DNA of 64,000 bases from an uncultured virus (IMG/VR IMGVR_UViG_3300007516_000009) (lineage: Duplodnaviria; Heunggongvirae; Uroviricota; Caudoviricetes), in the IMG/VR virus record IMGVR_UViG_3300007516_000009; one strand, 5' to 3'. Shown one piece after another: positions 26,639 through 36,566 of this stretch (the first letter of the stretch is position 1; each line of letters opens with the position of its first letter). The position numbers were made by a program, and so were the translations under genes. Below the pieces are notes generated by a model. The model saw nothing but the letters and a program-made list of their open reading frames with translations. It did no database searches and was not told where the DNA came from.

Positions 26639-27716
26639 TCATACTATAACCATATCTTGTGCTTCAACATACAACGAAGTAAACAGCTGAGACAATCTAC
26701 TCTTATCTACATCGGTTTCCATTCTATCAACGCACTTATTTATAGTTGATAGTGTATCTTCTGCTTCGTTGATTATTTCGTCTTCCGTTAGTAAATCCAT
26801 ATGCTTATTGTCTTCAACAATAGAAACATCAATCGGATTTGCTTTATAGAGAGAATCAAGTACTTTATCCAACCAATACGGATTGTTTTTTGCCTGGACT
26901 ATAAACTTGACAAACGTATCCTTATATTCAGAAAAATCATATCGTTCCATTAGAGTCTCGAACTTCACATCAGTGTCGTCATAGAACACCTTGTGGAACA
27001 TTCGATATGGATTTTGAATAAATTCCAACTCTCTTGTTTCGGAATCAAATATATGAAACCCTCGGCGGTCATTATAGTCGTTCCAATTAGTTTCATACGG
27101 GCTACCGAGATAATTGATGTTCTTCCGAGATGACTTGTGGTGAAAATGCCCAGAACAAACCATATCAAACTTATCGAATGCTGCCGTGTCCATACCATGA
27201 TCATTTTTGATCCCGCGGTACATTTCGAATCCTTTCAACTCAAGATGCCCGAATAATATCTGTGCTTTAGTTTTTCCGAGAAACTCCATTGTGTCGGCAT
27301 AATTAGTACTATTAATCCACGGAACTAATGCGAGTGGAATTCCATCAAACTCTACTTCCGTAGCTTCAGAATAGATAGTAAGATTATCATATCTACTAGA
27401 AAACAACTCATCAGCCGAATTAACCGCATTTGTATTACGGAAATAGATATCATGATTGCCAACGAGCATATGTAGTTTGATGTTGTGTTCACTACATTTA
27501 TCCATAAACATTTCACGGAATCTGTGTAGTGTGAGATAGTTTATAAATTTGCGGCGCTCGACGGTATCGCCAAAATGGTAAATCGTGTCTATATTGTGTT
27601 CAAGCAAATAAGGGAAGAATATAGTAGAATAGAATTTCTCGAAGAAATCAAGAAGCAATTGGCTATCATTTCTAACTCCGAAAGTGGGTATCAGTTATAA
27701 GAGCTGCTTTACTCAC
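26639..27716 (-). CDS. 47: Recombination nuclease subunit gp47 (Mre11/SbcD-like), +1 frameshift near 27680
   Basis: GTG 27716 behind AAGGAG gives SKAALITDTHF; GVRNDS continues in the +1 frame; GD, GNHD, GH.E, SGHFH motifs follow. Confidence 0.92.
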
Positions 27717-27751
27717 ACTAATTCTCCTTTCTCTGTTAAAGAGTTATTGGT

Positions 27752-28339
27752 TTATAAAACTTCGGCGTCATTAATCAATACGTCAATTGGAGTTGTCTTT
27801 TTATTTCGTTTCTTTTTGCGTTTTGACTCTTCGAAGTCTTCAATAAATTGTCCAACGTGATCTCGTGTCCATTCAGACGTTTTTGTCGCTGGAGTATAAT
27901 CAGTCGTATCGTGCGCCTGATTATCACTAGTCAGATTCATAATATCCATTTCCTCTGACAGTTTGTGTTTGATATATGTGTACTTCTTTTCTTTAGCTAT
28001 TCGCCGTAAAAACGCAAAGTAGATTATCTGAGTGAAATACGCGAACGGATTAGAAGACTTTTCAGGATCGAAATTGTCAATATACTGTAGACAATTTTCT
28101 ATGCCATCCGAAATCATTTCTTCTTTGAATGAATAGTTAATAAAGTTCGGCTTATATGATAGATGAGTGGAAATCTTCATTAAACACTCGCCGATATAAG
28201 TTGGAACTCGCGGTCGAGCTTTATTAAGCTGTTCGGATTCAGCGACGGCCTCTTTAAACGCAATCATAGCAACAAGGAAATCTTTATTGCTTACATAATG
28301 TTGTTTGGGTTTTTTAATTCTTTTGGGTTTAATCATCAA
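27752..28339 (-). CDS. 55: Late-transcription sigma factor gp55
   Basis: HYVSNKDF, YIGEC, NFINYS, MISDGIENC, NPFAYFTQI..AFLRRI.KEKK. Confidence 0.97.
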   Translation of the reverse strand: MMIKPKRIKKPKQHYVSNKDFLVAMIAFKEAVAESEQLNKARPRVPTYIGECLMKISTHLSYKPNFINYSFKEEMISDGIENCLQYIDNFDPEKSSNPFAYFTQIIYFAFLRRIAKEKKYTYIKHKLSEEMDIMNLTSDNQAHDTTDYTPATKTSEWTRDHVGQFIEDFEESKRKKKRNKKTTPIDVLINDAEVL

Positions 28340-28677
28340 TGCACCGTAAAACTAGTGTTAGAGAAATAGTCATGTGTAGTGTTTAGTTTAGGCGGCCGAT
28401 ATTTTTTATCTAATGTCGAAATAGCCTCAAAATAATAATCTTCAATATCCTTTGTCGGCGAAAAACTTAACATAATATCCTTTGTGTTAAGTGCAAAATC
28501 TTCAGCTGATGAAAACGGGATCCATTTAGCAACCCTAACAACTGCACCGTGTGCAGAGTTTTGAACGAAAAACTGAATTGGTTTGTGAATATAGATGTAT
28601 TCATCGGATATAGTATCTGTAATAGCAACTATATCCTCACCCGTAACCAATTTGAAATATAAAACATTCTCATCCAT
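28336..28677 (-). CDS. Conserved Sm-like hypothetical protein between uvsW and gp55
   Basis: KLVTGEDIVA, WIPF, C-terminal TVH; usual position in T4-like phages. Confidence 0.7.
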   Translation of the reverse strand: MDENVLYFKLVTGEDIVAITDTISDEYIYIHKPIQFFVQNSAHGAVVRVAKWIPFSSAEDFALNTKDIMLSFSPTKDIEDYYFEAISTLDKKYRPPKLNTTHDYFSNTSFTVH

Positions 28678-28688
28678 TTGTCAACCCT

Positions 28689-30140
28689 TTAGAGTTTTAT
28701 ATTATAGATTTTGTAATCAAATCCTTCTTTAGCATAAATCTTTATTCTCTCTGCGAAGTGTTTAAGCGAGAAATTGTTTTTTGATTTGCGTCTTAGATCA
28801 TCAGATAAATCAAATAGTGTAGCTTGGTCCTTTTTATCCCCAAGTCTCAATACACGGCCAATGGACTGTAATACTCGTATAACGGATTTCGTGGGTGAAG
28901 AAAAGATGATATTATGAAGATTACGAATATTTATCCCTGTGCTAAAAGTGCCATAAGAAGCAACAATAATAGCACTTGACTCCAGCTCGGCAATTTTTCT
29001 AATTTGCTCACGAGTTTCTCCGCTAGTCCCTCCATAAACGAAAAACACTTTTCGCTCATCTTTTATTTCCTTTTCTATAAGATCGAATAGTATTCGGCCG
29101 TGTGTATCAACTCGCTCAAAAAGAAGTAGAGTATTTCCATTTAGAGACATAACTAGGTTCTTGATAAACTTGTTTCTACGTGGATGACCGATGAGAAATG
29201 TTATTTCAGTTTGATAATCCATTTTTGCTACTTGTTTCTTTTCGTCGTCTGTATAATCAAGCACTAGCGACTTTATTCTAAACGGGGATAGATGTTTTGA
29301 TTTAATTAAATCCTTTGTTGTTACGAACTGTTTCACTGGGCCAAATAAACCCTCAAGAACTAATCTATGGACTTGAGAGCCGTCTAGAGTCCCAGTAAAA
29401 CCGAAGCGGCGAGCAGTTGAGTCCATTTTAACTAGAATAGAAGTTAGTGACTTCGCTTTAAATAGATGTACCTCATCTCCAATCACTACTTCATAATCTT
29501 CAAAGAAAGTTCTGTTCAGTTTATACAGCGATTGCCACGTGGAGACTATCACTGGTCGCGTTGTCTTTTTTTCTTTCCCGCCCATGATGATATGAATATC
29601 GTCCTCGTGCATACCATAATCAATAAAATCTGTTTGCATCTGATAGACTAGTGAGGTAGTAGGAACTATGATTAACGACCTTAACTCATAGTATCGAATA
29701 AGCAAATAGATAATCAGCGATTTACCGGACGCTGTTGGGGATACAACAACTCCTCGGCCTTCACGAACTGCATGTACAAACGAATCAATCTGATAATCTC
29801 TAACTTCAAATTTGAGTTTTAAAGTTGAAATGAACTGTTTAGCTTCTTCGATTGAGAAGTTGGTTTTAACATGTATTTTGTCTTCGTATTCAATCATATA
29901 CTCACGATCAGCAGCAAACTTCTCAACATATGAAATGAGCCCCAAATATAGATCACCAGTCATTGTATTATAAAGTCGAATCTTGCCATCCCACATTTTA
30001 TTCTTATATGCGGCCATAAACTGGACACCCGGAACCATAAACGAAAAGTGATCAGCTAATTCTGATCTGATACTAGATTCCGCCACAACGGTCATATACG
30101 CTTCATTTTTTTTACTGATGTATAAAGTGTCTTGTTTCAA
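28689..30140 (-). CDS. uvsW: RNA-DNA/DNA helicase UvsW
   Basis: WDGKIRL, RDYQ, SPTASGKS, DEVH, GTFSTGINI, QSIGRVLR. Confidence 0.96.
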   Translation of the reverse strand: MKQDTLYISKKNEAYMTVVAESSIRSELADHFSFMVPGVQFMAAYKNKMWDGKIRLYNTMTGDLYLGLISYVEKFAADREYMIEYEDKIHVKTNFSIEEAKQFISTLKLKFEVRDYQIDSFVHAVREGRGVVVSPTASGKSLIIYLLIRYYELRSLIIVPTTSLVYQMQTDFIDYGMHEDDIHIIMGGKEKKTTRPVIVSTWQSLYKLNRTFFEDYEVVIGDEVHLFKAKSLTSILVKMDSTARRFGFTGTLDGSQVHRLVLEGLFGPVKQFVTTKDLIKSKHLSPFRIKSLVLDYTDDEKKQVAKMDYQTEITFLIGHPRRNKFIKNLVMSLNGNTLLLFERVDTHGRILFDLIEKEIKDERKVFFVYGGTSGETREQIRKIAELESSAIIVASYGTFSTGINIRNLHNIIFSSPTKSVIRVLQSIGRVLRLGDKKDQATLFDLSDDLRRKSKNNFSLKHFAERIKIYAKEGFDYKIYNIKL

Positions 30141-30141
30141 A

Positions 30142-30591
30142 TCATTGTCCAGACGTAAATTTCAGGAAATCCAAACTATTCTTGATTACAAACCCGCGGG
30201 TATTCAAGCTCTTGATTATTTCCTCAAGTACTTCCACAAGTTCTGATTGGTAAGCAATGCGTGTATTTAAATCAACCATTTCATCGTCACCATCCACGTA
30301 ATACTGGACATCTTGCTTCAACACAGTCTTGGCCCACGGATCTCTACTAATCGCTGCCAGATCTTCAGGAGTATTAAGATCACCTCTATAATAATCAATT
30401 AGTTTTTTATTAGTTTGTTTTTGCTTGAGTTTCATTCCTCTGAGTTTTAACCGTTCTGCTGAAAACATCTTCAAATACTTCCCGTGTAGTCTGGGAATCT
30501 TGATACTCTCACGAGATAATTCTGTCTCATCGATTATAGTATCCTGTTGCCATTCTGCAATAAGCTCATCAAGTTTCATTAAACTATCCAT
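30142..30591 (-). CDS. uvsY: Recombination mediator UvsY
   Basis: W..D..ID, ESIKIP.LH.KY, YY.G, R...IKN...F.KF..G. Confidence 0.93.
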   Translation of the reverse strand: MDSLMKLDELIAEWQQDTIIDETELSRESIKIPRLHGKYLKMFSAERLKLRGMKLKQKQTNKKLIDYYRGDLNTPEDLAAISRDPWAKTVLKQDVQYYVDGDDEMVDLNTRIAYQSELVEVLEEIIKSLNTRGFVIKNSLDFLKFTSGQ

Positions 30592-30602
30592 TGTTTATAT
30601 TG

Positions 30603-30657
30603 TGTCATTCAAAGGCGGCAAGGCCTATTATAACCAGTTTGGATATAAAGTCAATAG
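30603..30657 (-). repeat. Copy C of a dispersed promoter element (uvsY promoter)
   Basis: CTATTGACTTTATATCCAAACTGGTTATAATAGGCCTTGCCGCCTTTGAATGACA; near-identical to 42829-42902 and 61206-61279. Confidence 0.9.
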
Positions 30658-30659
30658 AA

Positions 30660-31172
30660 CTAGAGGGTTTCTATTGTAAAGTTACGATATCTAAAAGATA
30701 CCTCTGCTTCTAGATATTCAATATCGCTACCAGTGATGTCAAACGGTAGCGACGATAACGAGGTCGGGAACATGCTGGTGAACGCGACTCGAATAGAAGC
30801 ATTATTATTTGAAGTTAGAATAATAATAGAGCCATCTGACACTTTCGACTCAAGTGTTCTATACTGATCGAAGTTCTCTGGATGTGTTAGTCCGACCATC
30901 CAATCATGTATCTCAAGATAATTAGTCAGGTCTTCATCTACGCGGAATCTCAAACTAAATAGTTCATAGACTAGCTTATCGCCGGGTCGTGGAATTGTTA
31001 CAAATGGAGTTGGCTGTAGCGCCTCACCCATACTCAACGAGGGTAGCGCGGCAGACTGACAGAAATATTCCACGTTAGGCGCGCGACTCAATAAAAACCT
31101 GAATCCTAGTGGAGACAGAAAATTCTTGTTTCTTACAACACCGGTTGCGGTGATACCAGATGATAATGCCAT
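30660..31172 (-). CDS. 3: Tail completion/sheath stabiliser gp3
   Basis: NFLSPLGF.F, VEYFCQ, PGDK, VDEDL.NY.EI.DW, FP.SLS; late promoter at 31192. Confidence 0.9.
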   Translation of the reverse strand: MALSSGITATGVVRNKNFLSPLGFRFLLSRAPNVEYFCQSAALPSLSMGEALQPTPFVTIPRPGDKLVYELFSLRFRVDEDLTNYLEIHDWMVGLTHPENFDQYRTLESKVSDGSIIILTSNNNASIRVAFTSMFPTSLSSLPFDITGSDIEYLEAEVSFRYRNFTIETL

Positions 31173-31199
31173 TTAATCCCTCGCTTTTGTATATTTATA

Positions 31200-31227
31200 T
31201 TGACAGTTTTCCGTGGTTGTGTATAAT
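31200..31227 (+). promoter_or_regulatory. Sigma70-like promoter divergent from gp3
   Basis: TTGACA-16 bp-TATAAT, followed by TAAGGA. Confidence 0.65.
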
Positions 31228-31249
31228 GGAAACGATAAGGAACTATAAA

Positions 31250-31358
31250 ATAAAATCCGTTAAGTATAGGGCACCGAGCGGGTTCTGAAACAAGTCTGTG
31301 CGCGGAGCCCACGGATAAAGCTCGGAAACGAGTTGATCATCAAATATGGAATCAATTA
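31250..31358 (+). pseudogene. Decayed copy of the MKSVK/QVxx mini-gene family
   Basis: ATA AAA TCC GTT AAG start motif; ERVLKQVCAR and KARKRVDHQIWNQL in shifted frames. Confidence 0.55.
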
Positions 31359-31556
31359 ATGATATCAGTTAAAATGCATTTTTGGAAGCCGCACCCAATG
31401 ACATTTGCGTGTTTTTATTCAGACGAACGGACTCACGCCGACCGATGGAATCATATGAGAAAAAGATTGGATTCTAGAGTTGATTCTTTACACTTCATTA
31501 TAAGAGAATCGATCTATGATGTAAAAAAAGAGGGGACCGAAGTCCCCTCTAAGTAG
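31359..31556 (+). CDS. Small hypothetical protein starting MISVK
   Basis: Start matches the family junction motif (CAATTAATGATATCAGTTAA versus CAACTAAATGAAATCCGTTAA). Confidence 0.4.
   Translation: MISVKMHFWKPHPMTFACFYSDERTHADRWNHMRKRLDSRVDSLHFIIRESIYDVKKEGTEVPSK
31523..31550 (-). terminator. Rho-independent terminator after gp23
   Basis: AGAGGGGAC-TTCG-GTCCCCTCT followed by a T-run. Confidence 0.9.
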
Positions 31557-31582
31557 TTATCCGCTTTTCTTAAATATTCAGA

Positions 31583-32971
31583 TTACATTAGGTTTGCAAT
31601 TGTGATGATACGGTAGTAGATGTTCTTCTTCTGGAACGAAATCGCACCATCAGCCGCAGTAGTTGCGAATGGGTTTGCGACCATACCGTATCGGGTCTTG
31701 AAGCCGATCTTAGGCTGGAAGCTATTTTCACCAATCGCGCGAACCATCTGAAGAGGAACGTATGGGCAGTAGAACAAGCCAGCATCAAACGAACTTGACC
31801 CCTTATAACCGATTGTCGCATATTGCTTACCGGTTGAGCTTGAGAAGTATGGGTCTACATAAACCTTCATACGACCGTTAAGAACACCCGCGAAGGTGTT
31901 TCCCGTGTCATCAACGTTCAGGTTAGCACTGAGTGCTGGAGTGTAATCGAGAACACCTGCCATCTGGAGAGCGGAAGCGACGTCCGAACCACAGATAAGG
32001 ATGTTGCCCTTGCCACGACGAGTTGCTTGAGCAATCTTGTTAGCTTCGCGCTCAAGTTGGAATACCAAGCCCTTGAAGCGCTCTACTGACCAGCGGCCGT
32101 TTGCATCAACGTCTAGATCGAACGTACCAGTTGTTACCACATTTTCCTGGGCGCCGGCAGTTGCCGTGTAGTTAATCGTACGAACAACTTCACGGTTGAT
32201 TTCAGAAAGAATTTCAGCAGACAGGATGTTGCTTAGTTCTGTTTCTGCATCAAGCCCATGAATTGCCTTAAGATCCTGAGCAAGCTCCATCGTGTACTCT
32301 GCCTTTAGAGCGCGGGAATTAGCCACAACAGCAACCTTTTCGATGCTGAATGCCATTTCGGAGAAGTTAACGCTTGTTGCGCCACCAAGAGCTTCTGCGG
32401 TTGAGGTTGACATACCGGTTGCTACAGTGTAGCCAGAACCAGATGCGCGGGCAGTTGGATCGTTACCAGCCTGCGCGGCGCCAGCACCAGCTGCTTGGTT
32501 ATAAGCCGGTTTGATGTTTGCAGCACCAATCGAGTTGTTCGAAGATGCCGAGAAGCTCGTTAGTGCTTCGTTATAAAGCGCTTCAGAACCAGCCTTCGAT
32601 GCATATCGCGGACGCATAGCAAAAACAAGTCCGGTTGGACCGGTCATTGGCTGAACACCAGCAACATCATAAGCAATCAGGTTTGGCATTGAACGACGAA
32701 CAAGTGAGATCATCACTGGGTCGAAAATATCAATGGCACCATCAGCGGCAACAGAACTCGATGCGCCCATAGCATTTGTTGGTGCAGCTTCGCCCAGTAG
32801 GGTTGGCATACTATATCCACCGGAACCGGCACCAGCTTCGCGTGAAGCCTTTTCTTGGTTTTCAAGAAGTGTTGCTGTTACAGCTCGGCGATGCGGGTCC
32901 GTAATTGCTACGAGATCGGGATGCTCAAGGATTGGGGCCCATTTCTTTTGTAGATCTTCAGATAGAAACAT
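31583..32971 (-). CDS. 23: Major capsid protein gp23
   Basis: KW.PILEH, LLENQE, GVQPMTGPTGL.FAMR, SRALKAEYTMELAQDLKAIHGLDAE.EL, YCPYVPL, FQPKIGFKTRYG. Confidence 0.99.
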   Translation of the reverse strand: MFLSEDLQKKWAPILEHPDLVAITDPHRRAVTATLLENQEKASREAGAGSGGYSMPTLLGEAAPTNAMGASSSVAADGAIDIFDPVMISLVRRSMPNLIAYDVAGVQPMTGPTGLVFAMRPRYASKAGSEALYNEALTSFSASSNNSIGAANIKPAYNQAAGAGAAQAGNDPTARASGSGYTVATGMSTSTAEALGGATSVNFSEMAFSIEKVAVVANSRALKAEYTMELAQDLKAIHGLDAETELSNILSAEILSEINREVVRTINYTATAGAQENVVTTGTFDLDVDANGRWSVERFKGLVFQLEREANKIAQATRRGKGNILICGSDVASALQMAGVLDYTPALSANLNVDDTGNTFAGVLNGRMKVYVDPYFSSSTGKQYATIGYKGSSSFDAGLFYCPYVPLQMVRAIGENSFQPKIGFKTRYGMVANPFATTAADGAISFQKKNIYYRIITIANLM

Positions 32972-33028
32972 TTTTATTTTCTCCTTACCTTATAAGTAAT
33001 TCAGGCTTCATGTTTATTTATAAAATCA

Positions 33029-34096
33029 TTATTTTTTAGAAGTTCTTGAAATAGCCGCGGCATATCCGTCCATAGCTGCTCCATGACTCCTAACGTCTTC
33101 ATCCAACGAAATCGGATCGAACGAATCGTCAAGAATAACAGAGTGGTTTGTCACGTCCTCGTCAATATCAAAGTAGTGTGACTTAAGCATAGAAATCTTC
33201 TTTGTAAAATCTCTAGCTGAATTGTAATCTACACCTTCGGTTAGACTACGAAGTTTTTCTGCTTGCAGATTGGTCAAGCCACCGACCGATTCTGCGAACA
33301 ACATTTCTTTTTCATATGAATTTAACTGAGCGAGAAGCGATACGTTTTTATCTGTTTCTTCATTAAGATCAGATTCAAGCGCTTCAACTCGTACAAGAAG
33401 CTCGTCAACGATATCGACACTGTTTTCTGGAATATCTACGTAATGTTCGGTGAACAAGTTCTTAAGACCATACATAAAGGACTCAACCATATCTGCTCGA
33501 ATACCAGACTCGATAGAAAGCTTATTTTCTTCTGTCCATTCCGAAACAACATAGTCAAGATAACTATCAACTTTTTCAGAAAGCTCATCGACTGCATCGG
33601 CAGTTGAAAGTTCAACATCTGATTCTGCATCAATAGCAATCTTTTCAATCTGCTCATTGATTTTTGCAAGAACAGCTGCCTCGAAGATTGTCCGGATACG
33701 ATCTTTGAACTCTTCGTCAAGATCAGAACCGTTGAACATTGCATCAACATCATCAGAAATATCAATGTCAGCCGCAGTAAGCTTTACAAGCCGATTTACA
33801 GCAACTTCTACTGCTGACTCATCTTCATCATAGAGTTCTTCATTGAAAACTCTACCATATGCAATTTTGAGCTCTTCTTTAGTCATGGTCGCCATTTCTT
33901 TAACTACTGCATTCATCATGCCCGTTTTAGTTCCTGGCAACTTCTGCATTGGTTCTTTTTTGTTTGTTGGTTTCTCTGTAGTTTTCTTTGTCTTTGGATC
34001 TGGCAATTCAGACGGATCGCCGAGCGAGGCTTTGAACTCATCAAGTTCTTCAGCGTCTACATCATGTTCTGACTGATTTAGCTCTTCTTTACCCAT
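33029..34096 (-). CDS. 22: Prohead core scaffold gp22
   Basis: IFEAAV, VDSYLDYVV.EW..EN, ESFM.GLK.LF.EHY; start MGKEE at 34096. Confidence 0.93.
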   Translation of the reverse strand: MGKEELNQSEHDVDAEELDEFKASLGDPSELPDPKTKKTTEKPTNKKEPMQKLPGTKTGMMNAVVKEMATMTKEELKIAYGRVFNEELYDEDESAVEVAVNRLVKLTAADIDISDDVDAMFNGSDLDEEFKDRIRTIFEAAVLAKINEQIEKIAIDAESDVELSTADAVDELSEKVDSYLDYVVSEWTEENKLSIESGIRADMVESFMYGLKNLFTEHYVDIPENSVDIVDELLVRVEALESDLNEETDKNVSLLAQLNSYEKEMLFAESVGGLTNLQAEKLRSLTEGVDYNSARDFTKKISMLKSHYFDIDEDVTNHSVILDDSFDPISLDEDVRSHGAAMDGYAAAISRTSKK

Positions 34097-34155
34097 TTCA
34101 TATCTCCCGTTGAAAACTTGTTTCAAATTCAATATTATTTATAAAAATACATCTT

Positions 34156-34806
34156 TTAGAGTTTACTTAAAAACTTTGCAAAGGCACGGAATTTAACTTC
34201 CTGTAAATCAGCTTTAGATGCACCGCGAATACTTTTCTGAGTCTCATCAGTATATTGCGAAACCCAACGCTCATCAATTTGAAGCCATTCGACTCCTTCC
34301 ATAATACCCCGAACAAACGCTTCTGGGGCAGACGGGTCGGCAACAATATCCGCGGCTGTGGCCAGCATGAAATCGCTCTGAACTTCATTGATTCCGTTTT
34401 TCTGAACCAAAGAACCCATACCACGAGACGAAACACCCAAGCGAGCACCCTCGTTCATCAGATTTTTTACGATAGAACCCATAGGAGTTTCCATGATTTT
34501 AGCTCTACCAATAACATTGTTTCCGTCTTGATGAAGTTCCTTAATCATATGAGAAACACGTTCTAAGTTAATAGTTGGTCCCTGTGGGTGGCCAAGTTCT
34601 CCGTACGCCCGGTTTTCCTTCACATATTCTTTATTATACCGTGTTACTTCAGCCATGAGAGTTTCCATAGGATACATTCTACCATTACGATTTTTGATAT
34701 TACCCTGAAGGAAAATTCCCTCGATATAATAATTCTTTGTGCCGTCTTCTTTTGCTTCAGTGATGAATTCAATACTCTGATCAAGCGCCTCTGTGATTAG
34801 CTTCAT
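34156..34806 (-). CDS. 21: Prohead protease gp21
   Basis: MKLITE, IEGIFLQ, NRNGR.YP, GELGHP, GVSSRGMGS, DIVADPSAP. Confidence 0.98.
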   Translation of the reverse strand: MKLITEALDQSIEFITEAKEDGTKNYYIEGIFLQGNIKNRNGRMYPMETLMAEVTRYNKEYVKENRAYGELGHPQGPTINLERVSHMIKELHQDGNNVIGRAKIMETPMGSIVKNLMNEGARLGVSSRGMGSLVQKNGINEVQSDFMLATAADIVADPSAPEAFVRGIMEGVEWLQIDERWVSQYTDETQKSIRGASKADLQEVKFRAFAKFLSKL

Positions 34807-34807
34807 T

Positions 34808-35185
34808 TTATGCTCCCGACGATTTGTGTAATTTAATCACAAAATTCATATTGCCGGCGGTCTGAAATACTACGTTAGCCAGAGCATCACCGCCAGTAGA
34901 AGCCTCAAGTCGCATTTGATTTGCTTGAAAATCTACATAGCCAGTTCCGTATCCGACCCAAACTGTGTTGCCTCCACGACTAATAGTAAGTGTTGATGCC
35001 GCGGCACCCGACCAAGCAACTTCTGCGATACGCATAGCAGAAATGGTTTCTCCTGCTGTATTAGCTCTGAACCCGGCAGGAGCGTTTGCGGTCGTTGAGA
35101 GATACCCAGTAGTATTAGCAGTAACCACTATAATACCAGAACCAAGTCCGCCTTTAGTCTGATTGACTGTTATTCTTTGTCCCAT
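34808..35185 (-). CDS. Hypothetical head-region protein
   Basis: AGGA RBS; tightly packed between the core genes and gp21. Confidence 0.7.
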   Translation of the reverse strand: MGQRITVNQTKGGLGSGIIVVTANTTGYLSTTANAPAGFRANTAGETISAMRIAEVAWSGAAASTLTISRGGNTVWVGYGTGYVDFQANQMRLEASTGGDALANVVFQTAGNMNFVIKLHKSSGA

Positions 35186-35194
35186 GACTTGTCC

Positions 35195-36322
35195 TTATGC
35201 TACTGATTTAGCAAATTTGGAAATACGGTCAAATGAAGACTTATCTTTCATAGATTCGGTTTCCATCTTCTTTTTATTCGCGCCGTTAAGTTGATCTATT
35301 GCTGTATTAAGAGCAGAGGCTGTTGTTTCGTCGACCTTAACAGTCTCACCAGATCTTAGTTTTAGTGTACCGGCTTTGAACATTTCATCAAGTTCTGTTT
35401 CTTCACGTGTCAACTTATCGGCGGCGGTTTCAATGCCATGCTGACGTTTTCTCATTCGTGCTTCAGCGGAATCGGCGCGCGAGTATTGCCGCGATGGGCG
35501 TCCGACTTCAACCCCAGCAGCGCCGCGGTCTCTTGCCGCGCCTTTAACATATCTACCAAGTGTCTTTCTTGACAGTTCAGCAAGGTCAACTTCTTCAAAT
35601 ACTGGAATCCAACCATGTCGTGGGTCTTTTTTAACTTTATTCACATTAGGAAAAGTTTTCTTAATGTGTTGAAGTATAGATTTTTCATCATCCTTTACTT
35701 TAGAACCACCCAAATTAATATATCCTTTTGTTACTTCAGCAAGGTCAGTACCTTCGTACATACCTTCGCGCTTCTCACGCTCGACCTGATAATCAAGAGA
35801 ATTTTCTAGGTTATCTGTGAAATCCTGAACCATGCGTAGCGTATGCTTCGATTCGTAACTAGGATCTAAATCTTTGAGAACCGCGAGCATACGAGTTGCT
35901 TGTTTAATAGCATCAGCATGATATCTTTTATTTTGCTTCTGATATTCTTCGTCAAGCTCGATTTCTTCTTTAATACGAGATGAGCCCTGCATAACAGTTG
36001 TTTTTTCTCCAGCTGGCACACTCATACCATGATATTGAGAACCTATCTTCCCACCGAGTGCTGCAAACCGAGCAAAAGAAGTTAACTGCTTTTCGCCGGC
36101 CTTTTCGGCACCTTTATGTGGACCAACCGATTTCGTGCCGCCAGAAAACTGAATTTCAGTAGCAACTGGGTGCCCGGTCTTTTTTGTTTTATGTGCATTT
36201 TTAAAATCTTCCTCGCCTTTTGACCGTGGCTTAAAGTCTTTTACTTCATCATCAGTATCTTTTTTGATTTTGAAATCCTGAGCAGGCGAACCCATCTCAA
36301 GCAATTTCTTAAATGTCTTCAT
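35195..36322 (-). CDS. Prohead core/internal protein (gp68 position)
   Basis: MKTFKKLLE capsid-targeting-like start, several E-x-L-x-E sites; overlaps the end of the gp67-like gene. Confidence 0.75.
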   Translation of the reverse strand: MKTFKKLLEMGSPAQDFKIKKDTDDEVKDFKPRSKGEEDFKNAHKTKKTGHPVATEIQFSGGTKSVGPHKGAEKAGEKQLTSFARFAALGGKIGSQYHGMSVPAGEKTTVMQGSSRIKEEIELDEEYQKQNKRYHADAIKQATRMLAVLKDLDPSYESKHTLRMVQDFTDNLENSLDYQVEREKREGMYEGTDLAEVTKGYINLGGSKVKDDEKSILQHIKKTFPNVNKVKKDPRHGWIPVFEEVDLAELSRKTLGRYVKGAARDRGAAGVEVGRPSRQYSRADSAEARMRKRQHGIETAADKLTREETELDEMFKAGTLKLRSGETVKVDETTASALNTAIDQLNGANKKKMETESMKDKSSFDRISKFAKSVA

Positions 36323-36494
36323 CAGAACTTTCTCCTTCTGTGTCATCAGCAAAAACCAACTGACCAGCAGTTACACGTCTAGATTCAATTTCGTCCATTG
36401 CTTTTGATATAAGCGTATCTTTTACTACGTTTCTGAATGTAGTTGAATCTCCATCTTGAAGCGCAAGAATTGCATCTCTAAGTTCATCGTTCAT
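36309..36494 (-). CDS. gp67-like prohead core protein
   Basis: Small acidic protein after the portal; late promoter at 36520. Confidence 0.7.
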   Translation of the reverse strand: MNDELRDAILALQDGDSTTFRNVVKDTLISKAMDEIESRRVTAGQLVFADDTEGESSDEDI

Positions 36495-36566
36495 AATATG
36501 TCTCCATTGTATTTAAGTATATTTATAAATTAAGAAAACCCGGGTTTTATAAGCTTAGCGGTGTAG

